Part shown: piece by piece, positions 1 through 8,061 of the stretch
How the letters are laid out: the number at the start of each line of letters is the position of its first letter
Position numbering within the stretch: the stretch's first letter is position 1
NCBI RefSeq assembly: GCF_004376175.1
Contig: NZ_SNUY01000033.1
Span: 1 to 32,000 of the forward strand
Direction: 5' to 3'
Source: Halalkalibacterium halodurans
GTDB lineage: Bacteria > Bacillota > Bacilli > Bacillales > Bacillaceae_D
DNA: 32,000 nucleotides
Notes under the pieces: model-generated
What the model was told of the DNA's origin: nothing
The model's input: the letters and a program-made list of their open reading frames with translations, nothing else
Database searches by the model: none
Made by a program: the position numbers and the translations under genes

Positions 1-148
1 TCGCCCTTGATTGACCTCTGAATAAACCATTGGCGTGTTTGTCAAGAGCGATAGCGCGGCCTTTCCACCTAATAAATGGTAGGTAGTATGAACCGTGCTA
101 GTTTTTCATAGAACTTTTGACACTACCTATGTTAGTCACTTTTTATAA

Positions 149-165
149 ATGCAATTTCTATGCCA
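149..165 (-). promoter_or_regulatory. sigma-54 (-24/-12) promoter firing leftward toward or beyond the window edge
   Basis: The minus strand reads TGGCAT-AGAAA-TTGCAT. This has the exact GG-N10-GC spacing of the TGGCAC-N5-TTGCW consensus. It lies directly downstream of the NtrC-type activator gene and its terminator. Confidence 0.7.
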
Positions 166-184
166 ACTTTAAAAAGCTCGTTTT

Positions 185-198
185 TGTATGCGCTTTCA
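185..198. promoter_or_regulatory. cre-like CcpA operator candidate
   Basis: TGTATGCGCTTTCA fits the cre consensus WTGNAANCGNWNNCW except at one position. It sits about 20 nt upstream of the -24 element. Confidence 0.4.
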
Positions 199-225
199 AT
201 TCGATCGGAACTGTTTGCCTGTTGA

Positions 226-266
226 AAAACGGCAAAAAATGCCGCACCTGCAATTTTTGCCGTTTT
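226..266 (-). terminator. rho-independent terminator after the response regulator gene (hairpin is symmetric, could act on both strands)
   Basis: 13-bp perfect inverted repeat AAAACGGCAAAAA / TTTTTGCCGTTTT (226-238 and 254-266) with a 15-nt loop. A T-run follows on the minus strand. It starts 6 nt after the stop codon at 272-274. Confidence 0.7.
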
Positions 267-271
267 CGTGA

Positions 272-1633
272 TTAGTTTTTACCGACAAGATACTGTTTTA
301 ATTTATCCCTTAATCCCCGCTCACTAATGCCGAGCATTTCCGCTGTTTTCTTACGGTGATTGTCGTTGTGCTTCAAGGTTGCCAAAATGAAGTCTTTCTC
401 TAATTCTTTTAGCGGGCGACCGATATAATCATCGAGTGAGCCTTTTTGTTTGGCGAATCCTTCCCCTTTTTCACGTATGAACATAGGCAAGTCCTCAAGC
501 TCAATATACTCGCCATCTGCAATTACCATTGAACTTTCCACAATGTTAGATAGCTCGCGAATATTGCCAGGGTATTGATAGGCTAGTAACTCCCGTTGAG
601 CATCAGACCGAAACCCTTTCATGCTTTTTCCTAACTCCTGATTAAATGTATGAAGAAAGTGTTGCAGCAAATACGGAAGGTCCTCTTGCCTTTCACGCAA
701 TGGCGGCAAATGGATATGGATGACGTGTAAACGAAAGTATAAATCCTCGCGAAACGTCCCTTCCTTTACTTGTTCCTGTAACGACTTGTTGGTTGCCGCA
801 ATCACACGTACGTCAAGCTTTTCCGTTTTGTTTGAACCGAGCTTGGTTACTTCTTTTTTCTGCAACACTCGAAGTAGCTTCGCCTGGAGTGCTAACGGCA
901 TGTCACCGATTTCATCAAGAAAAATCGTTCCTCGATTGGCGAGTTGAAATTTTCCTTCCTTTCTTGTCGCAGCCCCAGTGAAGGCCCCTTTCTCATAGCC
1001 GAAAAGCTCGCTCTCTAACAAGTGTTCCGGAATCGCTGCACAATTCACAACTTCAAAGTGTTCCTGTTTTCGTTTGCCTGAAAAGTGAATCGCCCGAGCG
1101 ACGAGTTCCTTTCCTGTGCCACTTTCACCTGTAATTAAGACGCTTGAGTCAACATTTTTTACTTTTTCAATAAGATGAAACATTTGGGTCATCGCTTCAC
1201 TTTTTCCGATCATACCTTCATAGCCGTACTTCTTTTCAAGCTCTTGGCTTAAATAAGCAACTTGTTCGTTCAGCTTTTTGTAATGTAATGCTTGCTCTAA
1301 AACCGAGAACAATTCTTCCATGTGGATTGGCTTTGTTAAATACGAATAGGCCCCTAATCGAATCGCCTTGACCGAATTGGCAATCGTTCCATAAGCCGTA
1401 ATCATAATGACAATCGTCTCCGGCTTTTTCCTTTTAATTTCCTGAAGTACTTCAAGGCCATCGACTTTACCAATCTTTAAATCAAGAAGAACAACATCGA
1501 TAGGTTCTTGCTCGATGATATGCAATCCTTTGTCTACCTCGGTTGTCGCCTCTGTCTCATAGTCATCCTCTAACGCAAACTGCAAAGAAGAACAGATGGA
1601 AGGTTCATCATCAATTATGAGAATTCGTTTCAT
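272..1633 (-). CDS. sigma-54-dependent response regulator (NtrC family enhancer-binding protein: receiver + AAA+ + Fis-type HTH)
   Basis: Receiver domain with the LLDLKIG acceptor Asp. Walker A GESGTGKE, the sigma-54 contact loop GAFTGA, Walker B FLDEIG, and a C-terminal HTH (KKTAEMLGISERGL). GGGAGGG Shine-Dalgarno before the ATG. Overlaps the kinase gene by 23 nt. Confidence 0.95.
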   Translation of the reverse strand: MKRILIIDDEPSICSSLQFALEDDYETEATTEVDKGLHIIEQEPIDVVLLDLKIGKVDGLEVLQEIKRKKPETIVIMITAYGTIANSVKAIRLGAYSYLTKPIHMEELFSVLEQALHYKKLNEQVAYLSQELEKKYGYEGMIGKSEAMTQMFHLIEKVKNVDSSVLITGESGTGKELVARAIHFSGKRKQEHFEVVNCAAIPEHLLESELFGYEKGAFTGAATRKEGKFQLANRGTIFLDEIGDMPLALQAKLLRVLQKKEVTKLGSNKTEKLDVRVIAATNKSLQEQVKEGTFREDLYFRLHVIHIHLPPLRERQEDLPYLLQHFLHTFNQELGKSMKGFRSDAQRELLAYQYPGNIRELSNIVESSMVIADGEYIELEDLPMFIREKGEGFAKQKGSLDDYIGRPLKELEKDFILATLKHNDNHRKKTAEMLGISERGLRDKLKQYLVGKN

Positions 1634-3614
1634 CGGTTGTTCCCTCCCTTATCATTGGAAAATAAAGGCTTATCGTCGTACCAATCCTTGCAGTAGTTCT
1701 AATCACAAGCCTGCCCCCATTTTCCTGTACATACTGGTTGGCAATCGCAAGTCCTAATCCTGTTCCTTTTGCCTTCGTCGTAAAAAACGGCTCAAGGGCT
1801 TGCTTCTGTTCTACTTCTGTCATGCCAACACCTTCATCCTTAACTTCAAGAATATACTCCTGTTTCAACTGGTACACGCGGATGGATAGCCGTAAGCCTT
1901 CTTCATTTTTCTCCTCCATCGCGTCCAAGCTATTAATCATTAAGTTCATAACGACTTGTTTCAGCTGGTTAGGATCCGCCTTTACGAGAAAGGGTCCTTC
2001 GATCGCTCCGTCCATCGTAAAACCCCGATTGGTCACGGTTCGATCAAAAAGCAGCATACACTCTCGGGCGAGCTCTGCGAGATCGATCATCTCCCTAGAA
2101 GGTTGCTTCGGTTTTGCATAATCAATGAGCCCTTCAATCAACGTGCTAACCCGCTCAATTTCTTGTGGAACATAAGTGGAAATCTCCTTTTGGAATCGTT
2201 CGTTACAAAGCTTTTTCGGGATTAACTCGACAAATGTTTTAATCGAGGTGAGGGGATTTCGCACTTCATGGGCGATCCCTGCCACCACACGGATGAGAGC
2301 ACGGCTTTTTTCTTGTTCGAATATTTGCATCCGCAGCTGCCGTTCTTCCGATATATCTTCAAACGTAACAATAGTTCCCGTTACGTTCCCTTCGACGTCA
2401 AATACTGGATATACATAATAGCGCAGGTAGATGGTGCGTCCATCAGCTCGCTCCCATTTGGTTTCCTCCCCTAAAAACCGTTGTTTTTCTGTAAATACCG
2501 TTTGTACTTTTCCGATTAATAGTTTTTTCAAAAGAGAAACTTTTCCAAAGTGAAGGCCAACGGTCTCTCTCGTAGTCCCTACAATCGCAGCCGCTTTCGG
2601 GTTAAAAGAAGTAATGATCCCTTCACGGTTAACCGTGGCAATCCCCCGCGGACTGCTATTTAAAATTTGGCGCTGAAACTCGTTGCTATTGCGTGTTTCC
2701 TCTATTTGTTTTTCTAACGTTCGATTCAACTCATGGAGGACAACGGTTTTTTTTGCTACTTCTTTTTGGAGCTGGCGATTCCAACGAATCCCTAGAAAAA
2801 ACAAAATGAGCGCAATAAGCAATAGAACCCCAATAATTTGAATCGCTAGCCACAGCCTCTCGGTGACAAGCTGTTCTCCGTTAAACCAATGTCGATAAAG
2901 AGTGCTATACGTCCCATCGCTTTTCAACTCTCGTAATCCGTCATTGATGTCCATTAAAAGTGGGTAGTTTTCTTTTTGTACGGCTATCGTATAATCGAGA
3001 GGGAGCAAATAGTTTCCAGCTACACGATACTTATGAGACAGACCTTTTTGCTCCAGCAAATAGTTCGCCGTCAACACACTCCCAATAAACGCCTCAGCTC
3101 GATCGTTTTGCAACAGCTCAATCCCTGCTTCTTGATGACTTGTCACATGATAACGAATGCCGCGAATATTTCGTAAAAACTCGTACTCTAACGTATCTGC
3201 TTGCAGGGCAGTTACTTTGTTCGCCAAGTCTGGTAATCCTTGAATCTCCTCATTATTGGTCGCCACAATTAAGCCGATCGATGTTCCGAGAATTGAATCT
3301 GTAAATTCAAGTCGGTTCGCGTACGACTCTTTAAAAGGCAGGGAAAGAAAAATGTCCACTTTCCCTTGATCAATTGCTTCTATAGCCTGTCGCTGAGTCA
3401 TTGGCACATAGTGAGCGTCCCATCCTTTCCTCTCAGCAACCTCAGAAAAGATATCAATAACAAACCCGTACGGTCCGTCACCTCCTTCCGCATGCAACGG
3501 GGGGAGATGAGGATCATAGGCCACCTTCACTTGCCGCTCAGCTAACGCGGGGGCGGGAAGCATCACGAACATAAAGACAAGCTTGATCATCAGGTAAAGC
3601 GGAAATCGTCTCAT
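1611..3614 (-). CDS. sensor histidine kinase with an N-terminal extracytoplasmic solute-binding (family 3 SBP-like) domain, TM helix, PAS, HisKA and HATPase domains
   Basis: Signal/TM start, ~230-aa SBP-like region, and TM helix LWLAIQIIGVLLLIALILFFLGI. PAS region, H-box AHEVRNPL, G1 DEGVGM and G2 GTGLGL. Confidence 0.92.
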   Translation of the reverse strand: MRRFPLYLMIKLVFMFVMLPAPALAERQVKVAYDPHLPPLHAEGGDGPYGFVIDIFSEVAERKGWDAHYVPMTQRQAIEAIDQGKVDIFLSLPFKESYANRLEFTDSILGTSIGLIVATNNEEIQGLPDLANKVTALQADTLEYEFLRNIRGIRYHVTSHQEAGIELLQNDRAEAFIGSVLTANYLLEQKGLSHKYRVAGNYLLPLDYTIAVQKENYPLLMDINDGLRELKSDGTYSTLYRHWFNGEQLVTERLWLAIQIIGVLLLIALILFFLGIRWNRQLQKEVAKKTVVLHELNRTLEKQIEETRNSNEFQRQILNSSPRGIATVNREGIITSFNPKAAAIVGTTRETVGLHFGKVSLLKKLLIGKVQTVFTEKQRFLGEETKWERADGRTIYLRYYVYPVFDVEGNVTGTIVTFEDISEERQLRMQIFEQEKSRALIRVVAGIAHEVRNPLTSIKTFVELIPKKLCNERFQKEISTYVPQEIERVSTLIEGLIDYAKPKQPSREMIDLAELARECMLLFDRTVTNRGFTMDGAIEGPFLVKADPNQLKQVVMNLMINSLDAMEEKNEEGLRLSIRVYQLKQEYILEVKDEGVGMTEVEQKQALEPFFTTKAKGTGLGLAIANQYVQENGGRLVIRTTARIGTTISLYFPMIREGTTDETNSHN

Positions 3615-3752
3615 AGCTGTAACCCCTTACAAGTAGTCTCTTTTTTTCATCGTAGAGGAAAAGCAGCAAAATGCCAACCCTTCTAGTTTTTCCATTACAA
3701 GCTTGTTGGCTAATTGAACGTGTTGATGAGAGGGCCTTTCCCTTTTTCTATT

Positions 3753-3785
3753 GAAAAAAGCAAGACGCGATGCTTCACGTCTTGC
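3753..3785 (-). terminator. rho-independent terminator of the 190-aa membrane protein gene
   Basis: GCAAGACG / CGTCTTGC 8-bp stem (3760-3767, 3778-3785) with a 10-nt loop. A T6 run follows on the minus strand. Confidence 0.75.
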
Positions 3786-3793
3786 CTCTCCTT

Positions 3794-4366
3794 CTATTGA
3801 TTCAGGTTAGCTTCGTGGCCGGGAAGCCTGTCGTTGATCATTTCCTCCATTGCCGATAAGGATGGTGGTTCTTCCTCGAGAACATCCGTAACAACAGGCT
3901 GAACAACGGCTTCATAATATGCTTGAAACGGAAAAAAATGTGTACCTTCTGAGTGAAGCTCCATCGCTCGCTCATAGATTTCGGGATAATGGGTTACTTG
4001 CCAGTGAATGCGCATAGTCCCTAGTTCATTCGTTTCTATCGATTCATAATATCCGTGACGAAATAGATTCGCCACTACTAACGGACGCTCGGTTGACAAA
4101 TAACGAGCAGTAGCGTCTTCCACTTCCCACGCTTTATCAGCAGTAAACAACACATCGCCTTCATATACTCGCTCGACAAAAGCCTCCGATGTGGCAATAA
4201 CGAGCAAAATCGTTACAACAGCGGCTAGAAAGCCTGCCATGTTTTCCTTCCGCTTATCCCCTTTCTTCAAAAACTTGCTCATGATGACACTTAGCAAAAA
4301 AGAAACCCCGATCGTAAACAAAATGCTTACCATCATAAAGAGCCATGTAGGCATAATGATCGTCAT
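3794..4366 (-). CDS. hypothetical membrane protein (two N-terminal TM helices plus a soluble domain)
   Basis: 190-aa ORF with its own terminator. It is divergent from the radical SAM gene. I recognise no family. Confidence 0.6.
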   Translation of the reverse strand: MTIIMPTWLFMMVSILFTIGVSFLLSVIMSKFLKKGDKRKENMAGFLAAVVTILLVIATSEAFVERVYEGDVLFTADKAWEVEDATARYLSTERPLVVANLFRHGYYESIETNELGTMRIHWQVTHYPEIYERAMELHSEGTHFFPFQAYYEAVVQPVVTDVLEEEPPSLSAMEEMINDRLPGHEANLNQ

Positions 4367-4454
4367 GTGGCGTCACTCTCTCATTAATTCTGAAACTCCC
4401 TCTGAATATGGTATCATATTTTACGGAAGCAATTAAAGAATTGAGGGATTAACG

Positions 4455-6233
4455 ATGAAAACCGTCGTGACGACTTTAAATGCAAAATACATCCATACGT
4501 GTTTAGCGCTTCGTTGTTTAAAAGCGTACGCCGAACCAGAGTTTCCTATTGAAATGGTTGAATATACAATTAAAGATCCTGCCATGAACATCGTTGCTGA
4601 TCTTCATCAACGAAAGCCTGATGTCATCGGGTTTAGCTGTTACATTTGGAACATCCAAGAGACGATTCAAGTTATTGAAATGCTTAAAAAAGTCATGCCT
4701 TCCGTGAAGATCGTTCTTGGTGGTCCTGAGGTTTCATACGACACCCGAGAATGGATGGAGCGCCTCCATGCAGTCGATTTCATCGTGGTCGGCGAAGGGG
4801 AAGAAACGTTTAAACATCTGCTAGAGGAAATGAACACCACCGCAAAGTATCATCTCGTCTTTGGCTTAGCATACCGAAAAGGGGATGACATTGTTATCAA
4901 TCCACCACGGCCGAAGCTTCCGTTAAACGAGCTCCCCTCTCCGTATCGCTTTTCAGAGGATGTGGCTAGCTTAAGTAAACGAGTGACCTATTTTGAGACG
5001 AGCCGTGGCTGTCCATACAGCTGTCAGTTTTGCTTATCCTCTATCGAAGTGGGCGTTCGTTATTTTGACTTAGAACGTGTGAAAGCAGATCTTCTTTATT
5101 TAATCAACAGCGGGGCCAAGCTGATCAAATTTGTTGATCGCACATTTAACATTCGGCGCGACTATGCCCTTGAAGTGTTTCGCTTCCTGATCGACAATCA
5201 TCAAGGCTGCGTGTTTCAATTTGAAATCACGGCAGATATTATGCGTCCTGAGGTGCTTGCGTTCTTAAATGAGCATGCGCCGAAAGGGATTTTTCGCTTT
5301 GAAATTGGCGTCCAATCGACCAACGATTTAACCAACGAACTCGTACAACGTCGGCAAAACTTCGAAAAGTTAAAGCGGACCGTGACGATGGTGAAAGAAG
5401 GGGGAAAAATCGATCAACATCTCGATTTGATTGCCGGCTTGCCTGAGGAAGACTACCAATCGTTTCGGAAAACATTCAATGATGTATTTGCCATGCATCC
5501 CGATGAGTTACAGCTAGGTTTTTTGAAAATGCTTCGCGGAACAGGTCTTCGCCTTCGTGCGGAGGATCACAACTACCTCTTTATGGACCAAGCGCCGTAT
5601 GAAATTCTCGGTAACAACGTGTTGTCATTTGATGAAATTGTACGGATAAAGCGAGTGGAGGATGTGCTCGAGAAATATTGGAATGCACACCGAATGGATA
5701 CGACCATCCTCTATTTAGTGGAATACGAATTTGACAGCCCATTTGACTTCTTTCAATCCTTTGGCGACTATTGGGATGAAAAGGGTTGGGCCCGTATTGG
5801 TCACCAGCTTGAGGATTTATTTATTCGCCTTTTCGCCTTCCTTGAAGATCGCAGGACAGACAACTTACCGATCATTAAAGGACTCATGATGTACGATTAT
5901 TTCCGCGGTCACAAGCATAAGCCGCGAAAAACGTGGTGGCCATTTTCGTTAACAAAGGAAAAACAGTCATCTCTTATTAAACGATTAGCAGCGACTCCAG
6001 AAGTGTTTTCTGAAGCGCTTGCCCGTCACCAGCTGTCAGAGAAAGAATTGCACAAACATACGATGCTAGAGGTGATTCCTTTCTCCCTTGCCGATTGGCT
6101 AAAGCGAGGGGTTATCGTAAAAGAAGATACATTATTACTAGCTCTCTACCAGCCGAAAGGAGAGGGGACGGAAGTATTTAGTGGCCCTTTACACAGCCTC
6201 ACCAACCAAAAGGAGGAAACGATTCATGAATGA
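4455..6233 (+). CDS. B12-binding-domain radical SAM protein (DUF4080-type C-terminus)
   Basis: N-terminal cobalamin-binding-like domain (DVIGFSCYIWN...VLGGPE). Radical SAM cluster motif CPYSCQFC (CxxxCxxC). Long helical C-terminal extension. GAGGG Shine-Dalgarno 7 nt before the ATG. Confidence 0.88.
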   Translation: MKTVVTTLNAKYIHTCLALRCLKAYAEPEFPIEMVEYTIKDPAMNIVADLHQRKPDVIGFSCYIWNIQETIQVIEMLKKVMPSVKIVLGGPEVSYDTREWMERLHAVDFIVVGEGEETFKHLLEEMNTTAKYHLVFGLAYRKGDDIVINPPRPKLPLNELPSPYRFSEDVASLSKRVTYFETSRGCPYSCQFCLSSIEVGVRYFDLERVKADLLYLINSGAKLIKFVDRTFNIRRDYALEVFRFLIDNHQGCVFQFEITADIMRPEVLAFLNEHAPKGIFRFEIGVQSTNDLTNELVQRRQNFEKLKRTVTMVKEGGKIDQHLDLIAGLPEEDYQSFRKTFNDVFAMHPDELQLGFLKMLRGTGLRLRAEDHNYLFMDQAPYEILGNNVLSFDEIVRIKRVEDVLEKYWNAHRMDTTILYLVEYEFDSPFDFFQSFGDYWDEKGWARIGHQLEDLFIRLFAFLEDRRTDNLPIIKGLMMYDYFRGHKHKPRKTWWPFSLTKEKQSSLIKRLAATPEVFSEALARHQLSEKELHKHTMLEVIPFSLADWLKRGVIVKEDTLLLALYQPKGEGTEVFSGPLHSLTNQKEETIHE

Positions 6234-7116
6234 AGTGATTCAAACGATGATGAACCACCGCTCCTGTCGCCAATACAGTGACAAACCAGTTCCCGACGAT
6301 CATTTGCAAGCGATTCTTCGCGCCGCCCAATGGGGGCCGTCGTGGATTCATGGTCAGCAAGTCTCGGTTATTGTCATTCGTGAGCCAAACGAGCGAGAGT
6401 TGTTTGCTGAGCTCGTAGGTGGACAGGCTCACGTTGCACAAGCACCGATCTTTCTCGTGTTTTGCGCAGATTTTCACCGTGCGGCGGTGGCGGCAGAAGC
6501 CCGTGGGAAATTCTTAGCAGCCTTGGAGGATGTAGATGCCCTTATGGTTGGTGCAACAGATGTTGGTATTGCACTCAGCAACGCCATAACAGCAGCCGAA
6601 TCGCTCGGCCTTGGAACCGTACCGATTGGTGGAATCCGGCGCCAGCCTTTGCGCGTAATCGAAACGCTCCAATTGCCATCATATGTGATCCCGATTTCTG
6701 GGCTCTGTATCGGATATCCGGAGGAGACAGTCGAACAAAAGCCACGCCTCCCGTTGGATGTATTCACCCATGATGGCCGGTATGAGCCACTTAGTCAAAA
6801 GACACTTGCTGCTTATGACGAACTCATATCTGGTAATACGAAACAGCGGACAGGTGGAGCGACGACTACAACCTGGTCGGATCGCCTCATCAGCTTCTAT
6901 GAACAGCCCTACTACCAAGAGATTGCCGCCATGCTAAAACAGCAAGGGTTCACTTGTAAAAGGTTGAGGGACTCTCCCTATCCTTCTTCTTTTCGTTTTT
7001 CTAACCCGTTCGTAAATGTCGTTAATAATTGGGAGGCGGCAACCGTCGGCACGACTTCTCCCTTTCTCATTTGCTCCATCAAAAGCGGGAGCTGTTGCTT
7101 GATGTCATCTTGCTGA
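6226..7116 (+). CDS. nfrA: NfrA-type FMN-dependent NADPH oxidoreductase (nitroreductase family) with an atypical ~50-aa C-terminal extension
   Basis: The protein begins MNEVIQTMMNHRSCRQY, and the nitroreductase fold is collinear with B. subtilis NfrA as I remember it. AAGGAGGA Shine-Dalgarno at 6209-6216. The start overlaps the radical SAM stop (ATGAATGA). The ORF track start at 6181 is an in-frame upstream artefact. Confidence 0.82.
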   Translation: MNEVIQTMMNHRSCRQYSDKPVPDDHLQAILRAAQWGPSWIHGQQVSVIVIREPNERELFAELVGGQAHVAQAPIFLVFCADFHRAAVAAEARGKFLAALEDVDALMVGATDVGIALSNAITAAESLGLGTVPIGGIRRQPLRVIETLQLPSYVIPISGLCIGYPEETVEQKPRLPLDVFTHDGRYEPLSQKTLAAYDELISGNTKQRTGGATTTTWSDRLISFYEQPYYQEIAAMLKQQGFTCKRLRDSPYPSSFRFSNPFVNVVNNWEAATVGTTSPFLICSIKSGSCCLMSSC

Positions 7117-8000
7117 AAAAACCATAGCTTTAATTCATCTTCAATGACAGCGTAAAACCATTCAAGGGCTTGCTTTTCTCGGCGTTCTTCAAAGATACCA
7201 TTCTCCTTTGAAAACTGGAAAAAGCTATAGATCACATCCCACATCTCCGAAATTCCTTCACCAGTTAACGCCGATACCGTGTACGCTTTCGTTTCCCATC
7301 CTTCCGTCGCTTGAGGAAGAAAATGAAGCAGGCGATTGTACTCAGCTTTTGTTTTCAGTGCGACCTGACGATTCGGACCGTCCGCCTTATTAATAAAAAT
7401 TGCGTCAGCCATCTCCATCACGCCTTTTTTTATCCCTTGCAATTCATCCCCTGCCCCTGTCAGCATGAGAACGAGAAAGCAATCGACCATGGAACGAACG
7501 ACCGCTTCGCTTTGCCCCACTCCAACCGTTTCCACAATGATTACATCAAAACCGGCTGCTTCGCAAAGCAGTAATGTCTCACGGCTTCGCCTCGTCACAC
7601 CACCTAATGTGCCACTAGAAGGGGAAGGACGGACATATGCATTTTTGTTGCGTGAGAGCTCTTCCATGCGCGTTTTATCCCCAAGGATGCTCCCTTTCGT
7701 CAGCTGACTGGATGGATCGACAGCGAGAACAGCGACACGATGTCCCTTGTCACAAAGCATCGTCCCGAGTGCTTCAATCAAAGTGCTTTTCCCTGCACCT
7801 GGGACACCTGTAATTCCGATTCGAATCGACTTCCCCGTCTGTGGGATGATTCCGTTTAACACTTCCGTTGCGATCGGCCTATGTCTCTCTGAATGACTCT
7901 CGATCAACGTGATCGCCCGTGCCAACAAAGCCCGATCCCCAGCCAATACTCCGTTAATATAATCTTCCACCGTCAGTTCCTTTCGTTTCGGTGGCTCCAC
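6978..8000 (-). CDS. meaB: methylmalonyl-CoA mutase accessory GTPase (MeaB/ArgK, G3E family)
   Basis: P-loop GVPGAGKST, VETVGVGQ, and NKAD G4 motif. GTG start behind AAGGAGGGGG. Sits immediately downstream of mutB. Confidence 0.92.
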   Translation of the reverse strand: MEPPKRKELTVEDYINGVLAGDRALLARAITLIESHSERHRPIATEVLNGIIPQTGKSIRIGITGVPGAGKSTLIEALGTMLCDKGHRVAVLAVDPSSQLTKGSILGDKTRMEELSRNKNAYVRPSPSSGTLGGVTRRSRETLLLCEAAGFDVIIVETVGVGQSEAVVRSMVDCFLVLMLTGAGDELQGIKKGVMEMADAIFINKADGPNRQVALKTKAEYNRLLHFLPQATEGWETKAYTVSALTGEGISEMWDVIYSFFQFSKENGIFEERREKQALEWFYAVIEDELKLWFFQQDDIKQQLPLLMEQMRKGEVVPTVAASQLLTTFTNGLEKRKEEG

Positions 8001-8061
8001 ACTTCCCCCTCCTTTCTTTCACGTCGGATCATTTTTCGCTTCGTTGTAGTAAAGGGAAGTG

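Noticed and set aside
3661-3677. A second sigma-54-like sequence upstream of the kinase gene; the minus strand reads TTGGCATTTTGCTGCTT.
   Set aside because: The GG-to-GC distance is one base shorter than the invariant GG-N10-GC spacing, so it is probably not a functional -24/-12 promoter. It would only be worth revisiting if autoregulation is observed.
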